Below are positions 45,814 through 54,974 of a DNA stretch of 64,000 nucleotides, one piece after another. The DNA lies in NCBI RefSeq assembly GCF_028464065.1, contig NZ_CP116808.1:1263886-1327885 (forward strand), in the 5' to 3' direction. Numbering within the stretch: position 1 is the first letter of the stretch; each line of letters begins with the position of its first letter. The translations under genes and the position numbers were made by a program. The notes beneath the pieces are model-generated. The model was not told where the DNA came from, did no database searches, and worked only from the letters and a program-made list of their open reading frames with translations. This DNA comes from Saprospira sp. CCB-QB6 (GTDB taxonomy: Bacteria > Bacteroidota > Bacteroidia > Chitinophagales > Saprospiraceae).

Positions 45814-45960
45814 GGGCCGCTAGGCCCTAAATGGCCTAGCGATGTGTAGGGGTGGCCCGCAGGGCCAGACCGAGCCAGCTTGCTGCCGAAGGGCCGAGCG
45901 AAGAGCGAGCCCCGGAACGTAGCGCCCTGAGCCCTTGAGGGCGAGGGGAGGCCCCAAAAA
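45814..45960 (-). repeat. GC-rich modular repeat copy Q (beta-type, minus orientation), right arm of the pair; overlaps the 3' end of CDS 45820..48000
   Basis: GGCCTAGCGATGTGTAGGGGTGGCCCGCAGGGCCAGACCGAGCCAGCTTGCTGCCGAAGGGCCGAGCGAAGAGCGAGCCCCGGAACGTAGCGCCCTGAGCCCTTGAGGGCGAGGGGAGGCCCCAAAAAC. Confidence 0.8.
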
Positions 45961-48000
45961 CACCAAATCTAACTCCAATACCTTCAACTCAATCCGTCGA
46001 TTATGCGCTCGGCCCTCTTCGGTTTCATTAGTTGCCGCAGGTTCATTTTCGCCATAGCCCTTCGCCTTCATTCGATCGGGCGAAACACCATGTTCTTGTA
46101 AATAATCGACCACAGCTTTTGCTCGATTATTTGACAAGAGTTGGTTGGCCGCCAAGCTTCCTCGGCTATCCGTATGTCCACCAATTTCTATTTTCATCTT
46201 GGGGTATTGAGCCAATATAGCCAATAAACGATCGAGCTCCTGCCGCCCCTCTTCTTTCAAGTTATACTTATTGGTATCGAAGAAAATATTGTTGAGGCGA
46301 ATTTTAGCCCCCTTTTTCATGGGGTGCAAATACAAATCCACCAACACCTCTTTGTATTCCAATTCCTTGGGCAAATCAATAGACTTACTCTCAGAGAGGA
46401 AATTGGCCTTTTCTGCCAAGAAGCCATAATTGGTCCCCATAGGCAAAACTAAACTATATTCTCCTGTCTTAGGATTAGAGCGGGCAATCCCTGAAGGCCC
46501 TTCTTTGCCCAAGCTCTCATATTGGACCGATGCGGCCAAGGGCGTGCTATCTAAAGCATTAAAGACCCGACCACGGACCAAAAGAACGGCTTCTGGACGA
46601 GCCGCTTCTGGCAGTTTCACTTTCATAATATCTGTTTTGCCAATAGCGTCTTTACCTGAGGAGAAAAAGGCATATTCGCCAGAAGCAGGAAGTGAATAAT
46701 AGGCATCAAAATCAGGCGTATTCAGCTTTGGGCCCAAATTTAAGGGCTCCGACCAATTGGTCCAACTATCATCCAATCTGCGGCTCACAAACATATCGGC
46801 ATGTCCATAACCAGGACGGCCAGAAGTAGCAAAATAAAGAGTTTTGCCATCTGCAGCCAAATAAGGAGAAAGTTCTGAAGCCGCAGTATTAAGCATATCG
46901 CCAGTATGCATAGGGACGGTCCAACTACCATCCTCATTTCTGAAAGAAACATAGATATCTTTAGCCCCTTCCGTATCATCTCGCTCAATTGCTAGAACCA
47001 AAGTTTTCCCATCATTGGCCAAATTATACTCGCCATACTTATTATTGTTATAATAGTCTTCTATCACTAAAGCTTCTGGAAAAGACCAACGATCCTCCCC
47101 CTCTTTATGCGAAAGAGAAAGGCCCTTATCTGATCCCCCATCTTTTTTATACACATTGAGGACCAACAAAGTTTGCCCGTCAGGGGTCACCGAACAAATA
47201 GAGTTATTCCGTTCATTGTTGATTGGACCACCAATATTTTTGGCAGGCAAAAACTGCCCATCTTCGCCCAATTGCGCACACCAAACATCTTGGTTCTTCT
47301 TCTCTCCTAAATTACCAGGATGATCTTGGCGAGTATAATAAAGTAATTGGCCATCAGGAGAAATTAAAGGGGCCAATTCATGGGCCTCACTGTTAATCGC
47401 AGTTCCCAAGTTTATAGGGTCACCTACCTCATTGGCTCCAGCTACTGTTTTTATCTCTACTTGATAGTCGACTTCCTCCTCAGAAATACCAATGGCATCA
47501 ATCTGATTATAACCATAAACCATACGTGTATTCAATTGAAGCTGAATAGCAGCAACCAAAAAGTCGGTGCTTTCTTCCAATATAAATTTACTTAGCTTCC
47601 CTGGCTTATCCTTATTTTCTTTGCTCAATTCTGGCGTTTGCTGAAAGACCAAACGCACTTCCCCCTTACTGCCATAAGCGACAATCTTTTCTATCGCTCC
47701 TGGATTAAAAGCCTCAGAAACCGTAATCTGCTTAACCTTCTGTGGAACAGAAAATCCCACCTTGATAAATTCTCCATCTCCATTAGACTTTGATTTAGGA
47801 GTCCAAGCACAAGGTGTACCTGAAGTTGTATTGGCAGGGATTACAGAAGGACTACCCAAAGCCCCTCGAGCTCCATATTGCCCTTTGTGTTTAGAAGAAC
47901 TAAACTCTGAAGATTTCTCTAAAACGGAAGAAGCCCATTGTACAGACTGTGCAAAGAGCAACTGAGGAATAAAACAACTGAGGATAATTAAATAACGCAT
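45820..48000 (-). CDS. OmpA-family protein with TolB-like (PD40) beta-propeller repeats; the C-terminal ~45 codons are read from repeat copy Q
   Basis: Signal peptide MRYLIILSCFIPQLLFAQ. PD40-like blades (SPDGQLLYYT, TPDGQTLLV, AADGKTLYFATSGRPGYGHADMFVS). OmpA motif NIFFDTNKYNLKEEGRQELDRLLAIL...GHTDSRGS...NQLLSNNRAKAV...NRRIELKVLE. The ORF then continues as LDLVFLGPPLALKGSG...ARPFRA, a translation of the repeat. Confidence 0.7.
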   Translation of the reverse strand: MRYLIILSCFIPQLLFAQSVQWASSVLEKSSEFSSSKHKGQYGARGALGSPSVIPANTTSGTPCAWTPKSKSNGDGEFIKVGFSVPQKVKQITVSEAFNPGAIEKIVAYGSKGEVRLVFQQTPELSKENKDKPGKLSKFILEESTDFLVAAIQLQLNTRMVYGYNQIDAIGISEEEVDYQVEIKTVAGANEVGDPINLGTAINSEAHELAPLISPDGQLLYYTRQDHPGNLGEKKNQDVWCAQLGEDGQFLPAKNIGGPINNERNNSICSVTPDGQTLLVLNVYKKDGGSDKGLSLSHKEGEDRWSFPEALVIEDYYNNNKYGEYNLANDGKTLVLAIERDDTEGAKDIYVSFRNEDGSWTVPMHTGDMLNTAASELSPYLAADGKTLYFATSGRPGYGHADMFVSRRLDDSWTNWSEPLNLGPKLNTPDFDAYYSLPASGEYAFFSSGKDAIGKTDIMKVKLPEAARPEAVLLVRGRVFNALDSTPLAASVQYESLGKEGPSGIARSNPKTGEYSLVLPMGTNYGFLAEKANFLSESKSIDLPKELEYKEVLVDLYLHPMKKGAKIRLNNIFFDTNKYNLKEEGRQELDRLLAILAQYPKMKIEIGGHTDSRGSLAANQLLSNNRAKAVVDYLQEHGVSPDRMKAKGYGENEPAATNETEEGRAHNRRIELKVLELDLVFLGPPLALKGSGRYVPGLALRSALRQQAGSVWPCGPPLHIARPFRA

Positions 48001-48161
48001 ATAATTATATAATTTTTGTGGAGAATTGGCCCGAAGATAGGAACTCCCTATCTAGTTCTGCTCACTTTATACCCGATAAAGCTAAAAGTTAGTTCCCCCT
48101 ACAAAAAAAGGCCCAGCCTATAAAAGACTGAGCCCACTATCAAACTTCAAAGACTGAAAGA

Positions 48162-49619
48162 TTATTTGTTAAAAACATAGCTATAATCTCCACTAAAGTT
48201 CTCATAAAAACCATCCAACTTCACTTCTCCCTCTGCCGCTATAATAGCCTTAATGAACTCTTCTTCTGTGCTCACTTTTTGGCCATTCACCGCCTCAATA
48301 ATAAAGTCGCGATCCATATTCGTATTTTCCATCAAACTGCCCGAACGAATTTTAGTGACAATCAAGCCCTTTTCTACATCCAAGCGGCGACGCTCTTTGC
48401 TATTCAACTGTCGAAGATCTACCCCCAACTCTTCCAAAATAGTCGCCTCATTTCTGAAACGCTCCGAACGAGGCTTGTCCTCTATCGTATTCCCATTAGA
48501 CGCATTTTTAAGCTCAACCTTGGTCTCATAAGATTTCCCCTCTCGGAAATAAATGATGGCCACCTCTTGCCCAGGTCGGAATAGCCCCACCTGCTCCTGA
48601 AGCTCCGGAGAACTCTTCACTTTCACATTGTTCACATGCGTGATAATATCCCCAGACTTTAATCCCCCCTCTTCTGCTGCACTCCCCGAATTGACTCGGT
48701 CCAAATAAACCCCGTCCAAAGAGTTTAAGGCCATTTCCTTCGCCAACTCATTACTGACGTCCCGAATCGTCACGCCCAAAAAGCCTCTTTGTACCTCACC
48801 ATATTCAATTAGGTCTTTGGCCACCTTACGCGCCAAATTCACAGGCACCGCAAAAGAATACCCCTCATAACGCCCCGAACGCGTGATAATAGCCGTGTTG
48901 ATCCCCACCAAACGACCCTCCGCATCAATCAAAGCGCCTCCACTGTTACCCGGATTTACCGCAGCATCTGTCTGAATAAAAGACTCAATAGAATAAGTCC
49001 CCTCCAAAATATCAATGTTGCGCCCCTTGGCCGATACAATCCCCGCCGTCACCGTAGACGTCAAATTAAAAGGATTTCCAACAGCCAAGACCCACTCACC
49101 AACCTGCAGCTGATCCGAATTGGCAAAACCCAATACAGGCAACTCACGCCCATCCAATTCCTCTTCCTCCACCTTGATTACGGCCAAATCCGTAGACGGA
49201 TCCGTCCCAATAACCTTCGCCTTGTATTTTCGACGATCATTGAGGGTCACCTCAACCTGCCGAGCCCCTTCCACTACGTGGTTGTTCGTCAACATATACC
49301 CATCCTTACTGATAATCACCCCAGAACCCGAAGCCCCAGAACCAAAATCAAATAATTCCTCATTTCCGCCATTAGACTGAATATGAACCACCGAAGGACG
49401 AGCCAAATTGGCCGCCGCCTTAAAATCCTTGGGCCGATCCGTTAACGGACTCCCATAAGGACTATCATTATAATAGGTCGCCTGATATTTAGGGACAAAT
49501 TCCCGCACAATGACTTCTTGCCCGGCAGGACGCTCTTTTTCTAGACAGGTTTTATAAACCCCCAAGGTCAATCCCGAACTCAAAATCGAAACCGCCAATA
49601 GGATCATTCCATTTTTCAT
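48162..49619 (-). CDS. Do/HtrA/DegP-family periplasmic serine endopeptidase (trypsin domain plus 2 PDZ)
   Basis: Catalytic Ser motif GNSGGALID. His region YMLTNNHVVEGA. Two PDZ-like C-terminal domains (GVYLDRVNSGSAAEEGGLKSGDIITHVNN...; GLIVTKIRSGSLMENT...). Signal anchor MKNGMILLAVSILSSGLTLG. Confidence 0.85.
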   Translation of the reverse strand: MKNGMILLAVSILSSGLTLGVYKTCLEKERPAGQEVIVREFVPKYQATYYNDSPYGSPLTDRPKDFKAAANLARPSVVHIQSNGGNEELFDFGSGASGSGVIISKDGYMLTNNHVVEGARQVEVTLNDRRKYKAKVIGTDPSTDLAVIKVEEEELDGRELPVLGFANSDQLQVGEWVLAVGNPFNLTSTVTAGIVSAKGRNIDILEGTYSIESFIQTDAAVNPGNSGGALIDAEGRLVGINTAIITRSGRYEGYSFAVPVNLARKVAKDLIEYGEVQRGFLGVTIRDVSNELAKEMALNSLDGVYLDRVNSGSAAEEGGLKSGDIITHVNNVKVKSSPELQEQVGLFRPGQEVAIIYFREGKSYETKVELKNASNGNTIEDKPRSERFRNEATILEELGVDLRQLNSKERRRLDVEKGLIVTKIRSGSLMENTNMDRDFIIEAVNGQKVSTEEEFIKAIIAAEGEVKLDGFYENFSGDYSYVFNK

Positions 49620-49750
49620 AGGCTATATATAGATTAGGTGCTGTTTTAGAAGATCTGATTTTAAACTTTAAAATCCTAACTGAAGTTCATACTTTTGCAG
49701 CTTTGAAGAGAAAAATTAGCAGAAGTTTAGTACAAAAGGTCTTTTCTGCT

Positions 49751-49898
49751 TTTTTTGGGCCTCCCCTCGCCCTCAAGGGCTCAGGGCGCTACGTTCCGGG
49801 GCTCGCTCTTCGCTCGGCCCTTCGCCAGCAAGCTGGCTCGGTCTGGCCCTGCGGGCCACCCCTACACATCGCTAGGCCATGATGGCCTTCGGCCATCC
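49751..49898 (+). repeat. GC-rich modular repeat copy R (beta-type) plus trailing hairpin ATGATGGCCTTCGGCCATCC
   Basis: TTTTTTTGGGCCTCCCCTCGCCCTCAAGGGCTCAGGGCGCTACGTTCCGGGGCTCGCTCTTCGCTCGGCCCTTCGCCAGCAAGCTGGCTCGGTCTGGCCCTGCGGGCCACCCCTACACATCGCTAGGCC. Confidence 0.8.
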
Positions 49899-49970
49899 TT
49901 TAAAATCCGCAGAAGCCCAAACGCTAAATAACGCCCCTACTTCCACCCAATTAAAAAAGCCTATTGAGCT

Positions 49971-50252
49971 ATGAGAGAAAAACCAAACCCCTATGAGGGC
50001 ATGAGCCGCAAAGAACGGCGAGAAGCAGCCTTAGATCAAGTCTTTGGCAAAAATAGAAAAGAATATATGGGCAATATTTGGGGCTGGAAATTCACCTACT
50101 TCGGCCTCGCCTTCCTCTTACTCGTCTTTGCCTTTGCTGCCTATGGCGTCTGGACCGGCAAAATCGACCTCAAAAAACAACAGTTCGAAGCAACCCCCTC
50201 TCGCCATATCCAACAAAATAGCTTGCACCATCAAAAAGATACAGCAAACTAG
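49971..50252 (+). CDS. Small hypothetical membrane protein
   Basis: 93 aa with one predicted transmembrane segment WGWKFTYFGLAFLLLVFAFAAYGVW. No motif recognised. Confidence 0.35.
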   Translation: MREKPNPYEGMSRKERREAALDQVFGKNRKEYMGNIWGWKFTYFGLAFLLLVFAFAAYGVWTGKIDLKKQQFEATPSRHIQQNSLHHQKDTAN

Positions 50253-50295
50253 CTAGCCGCCTCCTTTTTTTATCCTTCTTTAACATTGCTTTAAA

Positions 50296-51093
50296 ATGTC
50301 TGCCATTCCTTTCTATAAATATCAAGCAGCGGGCAACGATTTTGTCATCTTTGATAACCGAGAGGCTAAGCTCTCCTTTTCTGCCCAAGAAATTGCCCGC
50401 ATCTGCCACCGACAGTTTGGCATCGGAGCCGATGGCATTATGCTGCTCGAAACAGCCCCAAAACTAGACTTTAAAATGGTCTACTTTAATGCCGATGGCG
50501 CCCCCAGTAGCATGTGCGGCAATGGCGGAAGAGCCCTGGTCGCCTTTGCTAAGCATTTGGGCCTGTTTGAAAATAGCTGTAGCTTTATGGCCGTGGATGG
50601 CCTCCACCATGCCAAGGTCTTAGGCCCCAATTATATCGCCCTAGAAATGCAGGATTATAAAGATTTATATCTAGCCGACTCTCACTGCTTTTTAGATACA
50701 GGCTCTCCCCATCATATCGAATTTGTCGCCCAATCCGAAGCCATTGATGTGGTCCAAGAAGGCCGAAAAATTCGCTATGCCGCCCCCTATGGAGAAAAAG
50801 GCGCTAATGTCAATTTTGTAGAAGTCCTCAGCCCCACAGAACTACAAATTGCTACCTACGAAAGAGGGGTCGAAAACGAAACTTTGGCCTGCGGCACTGG
50901 CGTTACCGCCGCCGCTATCGCCCACTTTCTACAACATGGCCCAAAAACAAAAGGCCATCACCGCATTGAGGTCCGCGCCAAAGGCGGAGACCTAGCCGTG
51001 GAATTTGACTACCAAGAAGATATTAAAAATATTTGGCTGTTGGGCCCCGCCCAAGCCGTCTTTCAAGGCCAATACTTCGGCCTCCAAAAATAA
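50296..51093 (+). CDS. dapF: Diaminopimelate epimerase
   Basis: The N-terminus FYKYQAAGNDFVIFDN contains the DapF signature GNDF. Catalytic Cys motifs SMCGNGGR and ACGTGVTAAA. 265 aa. Confidence 0.85.
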   Translation: MSAIPFYKYQAAGNDFVIFDNREAKLSFSAQEIARICHRQFGIGADGIMLLETAPKLDFKMVYFNADGAPSSMCGNGGRALVAFAKHLGLFENSCSFMAVDGLHHAKVLGPNYIALEMQDYKDLYLADSHCFLDTGSPHHIEFVAQSEAIDVVQEGRKIRYAAPYGEKGANVNFVEVLSPTELQIATYERGVENETLACGTGVTAAAIAHFLQHGPKTKGHHRIEVRAKGGDLAVEFDYQEDIKNIWLLGPAQAVFQGQYFGLQK

Positions 51094-51102
51094 AAGTGAA
51101 TC

Positions 51103-51459
51103 ATGGGAAAAGATACCAAAAAAGTTGTCCAAGAAAATAATATTCAACTAACCGTTGGCCTCAATGCCGATCGCACCCCCGTCAAAATTGAATGGGAAGC
51201 CTCCGATAGCCAAAACGGCCCCGAAGAATGCAAAGCCATGCTGATCTCACTCTTCGATAAAGCGCATAAAGATACCCTCAAAATTGATCTCTGGACCCTC
51301 GATATGCAGGTCAACGAAATGGACCGCTTTATGTACCAAACCCTACGCGGCCTAGCCGATACTTACTATCGCGCTACCAATAACCAACAACTCAGCAACG
51401 ATTTTATGCGCTTTGTCCAATACTTTGGCGAAAAAACAGAAACCCTACCTAAAAAGTAG
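51103..51459 (+). CDS. Small cytoplasmic protein, possibly gliding-motility-associated GldC-like
   Basis: 118 aa. Size, the hydrophilic KIEWEASDSQNGP...DLWTLDMQVNEMDRFMYQTL pattern and the Bacteroidota context resemble what I recall of GldC. This is a memory-based call, not verified. Confidence 0.3.
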   Translation: MGKDTKKVVQENNIQLTVGLNADRTPVKIEWEASDSQNGPEECKAMLISLFDKAHKDTLKIDLWTLDMQVNEMDRFMYQTLRGLADTYYRATNNQQLSNDFMRFVQYFGEKTETLPKK

Positions 51460-51478
51460 ATCCGAAAGCAAAGCCAAA

Positions 51479-51511
51479 GGCCCAACTCCTTATTGGAGTT
51501 GGGCCTTTTTT
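51479..51511. terminator. Hairpin GGCCCAACTCC-TTATTG-GAGTTGGGCC plus T6, bidirectional terminator
   Basis: Read directly. Lies between the convergent 51103..51459 (+) and 51540..52199 (-). Confidence 0.6.
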
Positions 51512-51539
51512 ATTCCTAACACTTCAAATAAAAGCTAAA

Positions 51540-52199
51540 TTAGGAGGCTATGGCTGTTTGTATGGTAGCATCTATATCTTCTACATACTCTTCAAATACG
51601 GCACTTATTTGTATAACATCTGGAAATGTTAAATCCGAGGCCTGATCATTGTAATGCAGCACTTTATTCCTCTTTAAAACAATACTTTGGATCAAGTCTT
51701 TATGCTGAATATATGAAGAAACCTTATCCAAATCTATCCCCATATAAGAAAATGCTACCTTCGTCCTATCTGGGTTTCCCGAAATGAAATCATCAAAACC
51801 ATTTTCATTTTCTTGTAGCAAGAATATCGCTTCTGCATTTTCCCTTTTTTCTAAATCCTTCGTTGCTTTATTTACAGCTGCTTTAGAAAACTTATTTTCT
51901 TTATCTCTTGATGCAATTACGATAACATTTTTAGGGAGATTTGCATTAGCCACCCTTTGCTGATACTCTTTATATATCTCTGATAAAACGTCTTTCAAAT
52001 AGCTTTCCAAACAAACACAAAGTTGTACTAATGCCGACTTCGTCAGAAAGTTAGCATGTTCTATGACAAACTGCTCAGCTCCTGAGCCACTACTCTGGCC
52101 AAGTTGTACCTTATGGCTGTCATTTACAAAGGTCCTTAAATCATTTAAATTGTCTATATATCTTTTGTAGGATGTTGTTTTTAGGTTACTCATAGCCAT
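51540..52199 (-). CDS. HEPN-like protein (Rx4H motif; MAE_28990/Swt1-like by context), second gene of a DUF262-HEPN module
   Basis: 219 aa, predicted all-helical. C-terminal region IQSIVLKRNKVLHYNDQ gives R-x4-H, the HEPN RNase signature. Overlaps the upstream DUF262 gene by 14 bp. About 35% GC. Confidence 0.45.
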   Translation of the reverse strand: MAMSNLKTTSYKRYIDNLNDLRTFVNDSHKVQLGQSSGSGAEQFVIEHANFLTKSALVQLCVCLESYLKDVLSEIYKEYQQRVANANLPKNVIVIASRDKENKFSKAAVNKATKDLEKRENAEAIFLLQENENGFDDFISGNPDRTKVAFSYMGIDLDKVSSYIQHKDLIQSIVLKRNKVLHYNDQASDLTFPDVIQISAVFEEYVEDIDATIQTAIAS

Positions 52200-53217
52200 C
52201 TATTTCTGAGAGTTTTGAAATCCATAGCTCACGACGTTTTAGGATAGAGCTTTTTTTCTGTGTTCCCCCTGATAGTTTTTGTTGGAACTTAGGCATTTGA
52301 CAAAGCTGATTAAATTTTTCTTGAATTTCCTCCTTATGCGCTAAAGCCCAATCGCGTCTCCCTGTCAAAGACCACATGATTAGGTCATAATGTGCATTAC
52401 TATGTCTAGGCTTCTCTTTGGTTACATCCATAAAAGGTTGTTTAAATACCTGTACACAAGTATCTAAAGTCTCGGTAAAGAGTTTCTTTAACTCTTTAAT
52501 TTTGGTTGCTGAAAGATTCTGATTTTCAGCCATACACTGATCCAACCACTTAGCATGGTTACTATCATAAGTCTTTAAATCCTTTTGTAGGGCGAAGTAC
52601 CGTAAAACTAGCTCTTCATCCCTTCGATCATCCTTATCCTTGGCTAACTGAAAAGCAGGAAGACCCTGATCGGCTAATTCTTTCAGTAGAGAGTCAAAAC
52701 TTCCAGGGTAAATTGCATGTCGAATCTCTTGATCACTCAGCTTAACAGCTCCTTGGTTCAATCGAGCAAAAATCTCATTCACTAGCCCTTTGGGGTTGTT
52801 CTTTCTCAACACCACACAACGAATAGTTGTATTTTCTAAATCTGCCTGATAAGTGCCTAACTCTGAGAACTTCTTATTATTCAATTCTGGATATACAGTC
52901 AATCCTTCTAAAGCAAATTCGTCCGCAAAAAATCGTCGTATAGTAGTAATTCTTTGTACACCGTCAATCACTTCATGGCTTCCATCCTCTCGCTCTGCAA
53001 AATAACAAGCAGGTAAAGGAATACGCATTAAGCAAGATTCGATGAATTTAGAGCTCCGCCCTTCACCATCTTTATCCCATTTGTATTTTCGCTGAAAGTC
53101 GGGATCTAAAATTAGTTTTCCATCTCGGACCCTATCATTTAAAGTCTCAAAAGGATAATCAATAGGATAAAGGTTCAAGACCTTCATATTCTCTTCCGTG
53201 TTTGTATTACTGGCCAT
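52186..53217 (-). CDS. DUF262 (GmrSD N-terminal / ParB-Srx-like NTP-binding) domain protein
   Basis: N-terminal LYPIDYPFETL...LDPDFQRKYKWDKD (QR.YxW box) and EVIDGVQRITTI (DGQQR box), both hallmark DUF262 motifs. No DUF1524/HNH C-terminal domain is recognisable. 343 aa. AT-rich codon usage. Confidence 0.7.
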   Translation of the reverse strand: MASNTNTEENMKVLNLYPIDYPFETLNDRVRDGKLILDPDFQRKYKWDKDGEGRSSKFIESCLMRIPLPACYFAEREDGSHEVIDGVQRITTIRRFFADEFALEGLTVYPELNNKKFSELGTYQADLENTTIRCVVLRKNNPKGLVNEIFARLNQGAVKLSDQEIRHAIYPGSFDSLLKELADQGLPAFQLAKDKDDRRDEELVLRYFALQKDLKTYDSNHAKWLDQCMAENQNLSATKIKELKKLFTETLDTCVQVFKQPFMDVTKEKPRHSNAHYDLIMWSLTGRRDWALAHKEEIQEKFNQLCQMPKFQQKLSGGTQKKSSILKRRELWISKLSEIDGYE

Positions 53218-53264
53218 TAGTTGATGTTTTTATATTTAAACGTATAGCAATATACAAAAAAAAA

Positions 53265-54407
53265 TCATTCCCGCCAATCTTCTACCCGCCAATGTTGGGC
53301 AGGCCGCAAAAGCGGCAGTTCTCTATATATTAAGGTATTGGCCCGCCAAGAAACATCTTGGCCCGCCCACTGCCCAAATAAAAAGAGTTGATCGCTAGTT
53401 TGACGATAATATAAACGAGCCTGAAGGCTATCGCCCTGCAAATCATAAAGGGCAAGTCCATCTTCGGGCAGATAGCGCAGCCGATAACTCTTTTGCCTCC
53501 TCCCCTGCTGCATGATCCAATAGCCCCGACGATGAATATAGAATTCTTGTCCATCTTCTAAGACATAAGCCCCATGCAAAGGCGGCCTAGTCTCCATATC
53601 ATCATTCCAATGCCGCCGATGCCGATAAGGCCAAAGTATATTTAAGCCTATACATAAAAGAACTAGCGTTTTTATCCACCACTTTCGCCCCCCTAAAAAA
53701 GAAGGCCCCAAAGAAGCCCTTGCCGCCAAAGCCTGCCCAGTAGACCAAGCCCAAAGCCCCTTTAATCTGGGCCAAAGAAGATATAAGGCCATCCATAAAA
53801 GCCCAGCCGAATATAGCTTGACGTTGATGTCAAAACTTATATTGATAAGCAAGACCTGCCCCATCACCCCTGCCGCTAACAAAGCCCCTAATGCTCGACT
53901 AGGCCGGTAGAATAATGCTAAAGCCGCCAAGATTTCTACTATACCCGTCCAAAAACTATAGGTCCAAGAACTGCCCATGACCGACCAAAAAGCTAAATCC
54001 TTCTCGATATACCCCAATGGCTGATAAAGGGTGTTGGGCTCTGGCAAAAAGAATTGCTGTTTGAGCAGCTTGTCTAGACCATAACGCCCCAATTGCATCC
54101 CTAAGTAATAGACGATGCCCAATTGCAAATAAGACTGAAACTGCTGACTCCAGTTTTTTTTGTCCCATAACAATAGCAAGGCCGCCAAGACCGCCAACCA
54201 AATACTATGTAAATAAAAGCCCGTACTATCCGAAGCTAAACGATAATAGCCCCCTTCTATCCCCAAAAGCTCCCCACAGGCGCTATAAAAAGGAGCCAAG
54301 CCCTCTGCCCAAAAAGCAGAATATGCAGGACATAAGGGCTGCTCAATCGGAGCCGTTAGGGCAAAGAGAATTAAGTATATAGTTGTCCAACGATAAAGCA
54401 TCTGCAT
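53265..54407 (-). CDS. Polytopic membrane protein, hypothetical (N-terminal 8-9 transmembrane segments, about 120-aa soluble C-terminal domain)
   Basis: Hydrophobic segments throughout residues 1-260. C-terminal Arg/Tyr-rich soluble region. Ends 47 bp upstream of the DUF262 gene on the same strand, so possibly co-transcribed. Confidence 0.45.
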   Translation of the reverse strand: MQMLYRWTTIYLILFALTAPIEQPLCPAYSAFWAEGLAPFYSACGELLGIEGGYYRLASDSTGFYLHSIWLAVLAALLLLWDKKNWSQQFQSYLQLGIVYYLGMQLGRYGLDKLLKQQFFLPEPNTLYQPLGYIEKDLAFWSVMGSSWTYSFWTGIVEILAALALFYRPSRALGALLAAGVMGQVLLINISFDINVKLYSAGLLWMALYLLWPRLKGLWAWSTGQALAARASLGPSFLGGRKWWIKTLVLLCIGLNILWPYRHRRHWNDDMETRPPLHGAYVLEDGQEFYIHRRGYWIMQQGRRQKSYRLRYLPEDGLALYDLQGDSLQARLYYRQTSDQLFLFGQWAGQDVSWRANTLIYRELPLLRPAQHWRVEDWRE

Positions 54408-54428
54408 TTTTTTTAGCTTTTCTATCTA

Positions 54429-54731
54429 ATCCACGGAGTCAATCTGAGATGTCCGTAGACCTCCGTGGCCGCCACGGAGCCAATCTGAGATGTCCGTAGA
54501 CCTCCGTGGCCACCACGGAGCTAATCCGAGATGTCCGTAGACCTCCGTGGCCGCCACGGAGCCAATCTGAGATGTCCGTAGACCTCCGTGGCCACCACGG
54601 AGCCAATCTGAGATGTCCGTAGACCTCCGTGGCCACCACGGAGCTAATCCGAGATGTCCGTAGACCTCCGTGGCCGCCACGGAGCTAATCCGAGATGTCC
54701 GTAGACCTCCGTGGCCACCACGGAGCCAATC
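54429..54731. repeat. 41-bp tandem array of about 7.4 units: ATC(T/C)GAGATGTCCGTAGACCTCCGTGGCC(G/A)CCACGGAGC(C/T)A
   Basis: Each unit has a CTCCGTGG-CC(G/A)-CCACGGAG hairpin (8-bp stem) and an ATCTGAGAT palindrome. Units differ only at 3 positions and there are no spacers. Starts about 22 bp upstream of the start codon of 53265..54407. Confidence 0.85.
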
Positions 54732-54974
54732 CATCCGAATGGTCGCAGTCCGTGGCGGATTCTAAGCCCCTCTTTTGATTTTCCTATGGTCCCCCTAATC
54801 AAAAAATAAAAGGTGCTTAGGCCCTAAAATAAGCGATCCTTTATTTAGAAGGACAAAAAAAGGCTCCAAACTAAGGTTTGGAGCCTTTCTGGGCCATCAA
54901 ATTCTTGAGCATAATAAGCTTGAGCGAGGAATTAGGCCAGCCAATAATAGCGAAAGCGGCAAGAAGGCCCGCAG

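Noticed and set aside
52186-53217. The DUF262 protein as a ParB chromosome- or plasmid-partition protein
   Set aside because: There is no ParA partner, no recognisable HTH C-terminal domain and no parS-like context. The AT-rich islet and the HEPN partner fit a defense or toxin context better.
54426-54734. ORF 54426..54734 encoding a perfect 41-aa peptide repeat (STDISDWLRGGHGGLRTSQI...)
   Set aside because: The periodicity comes from 3 x 41 bp = 123 bp of the DNA tandem array. There is no start context, and it abuts the start codon of the real membrane-protein gene. I interpret it as a noncoding array.
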